Part shown: positions 63,869 to 64,000 of the stretch, piece by piece
Numbering within the stretch: position 1 is the first letter of the stretch
How the letters are laid out: each line of letters begins with the position of its first letter
Assembly: GCA_973895155.1 (NCBI GenBank)
Contig: OZ316891.1
Location: 10,107,875-10,171,874, forward strand
Source of the DNA: Marsupella aquatica
Taxonomy: Eukaryota; Plantae; Marchantiophyta
Length of the DNA: 64,000 nt
Direction: 5' to 3'
Position numbers and translations under genes: made by a program
Notes under the pieces: model-generated
Told to the model about the DNA's origin: nothing
Database searches by the model: none
The model's input: only the letters and a program-made list of their open reading frames with translations

Positions 63869-64000
63869 GTCAAGCTGGCGGCAACAAAACATCATTGTAA
63901 GCTTACGATTAAGCGAATCATATGACACTGGATTATTCAACAGTTCCATTAACTGACGGGATAAATTCTCCATATAGATAGCAAGGCTAAACCCAAAGCA

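Overview
Eukaryotic nuclear DNA from a land plant, probably a non-seed lineage because it carries a bacterial-type plastid glutamine synthetase (GSIIB). Intron-containing genes: a disabled 8-amino-7-oxononanoate synthase (BioF), a large uncharacterised gene, GSIIB, ORC2, PsbP-domain protein PPD2 and the last exon of a conserved unknown protein. There is also a small single-exon conserved gene, tRNA-Thr(CGT) and an arogenate dehydrogenase fragment. Mobile DNA: a complete Ty1/copia element with both LTRs, TSD, PBS and PPT, a related solo LTR, and decayed gypsy, LINE, Harbinger and CACTA/MITE-like pieces. The most unusual signal is at about 10.8-21.1 kb. After removing the two LTR insertions, it is three diverged ~1.2-1.3 kb units, each resembling a minus-strand exon plus a GT-AG intron. 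Each unit carries a ~175-nt motif with four compensatorily varying stems and a covarying pseudoknot, whose reverse complement contains hammerhead-like core elements in a non-canonical order. I cannot assign this RNA to a known family. All alignments and structures were read by eye; no searches or folding programs were run.
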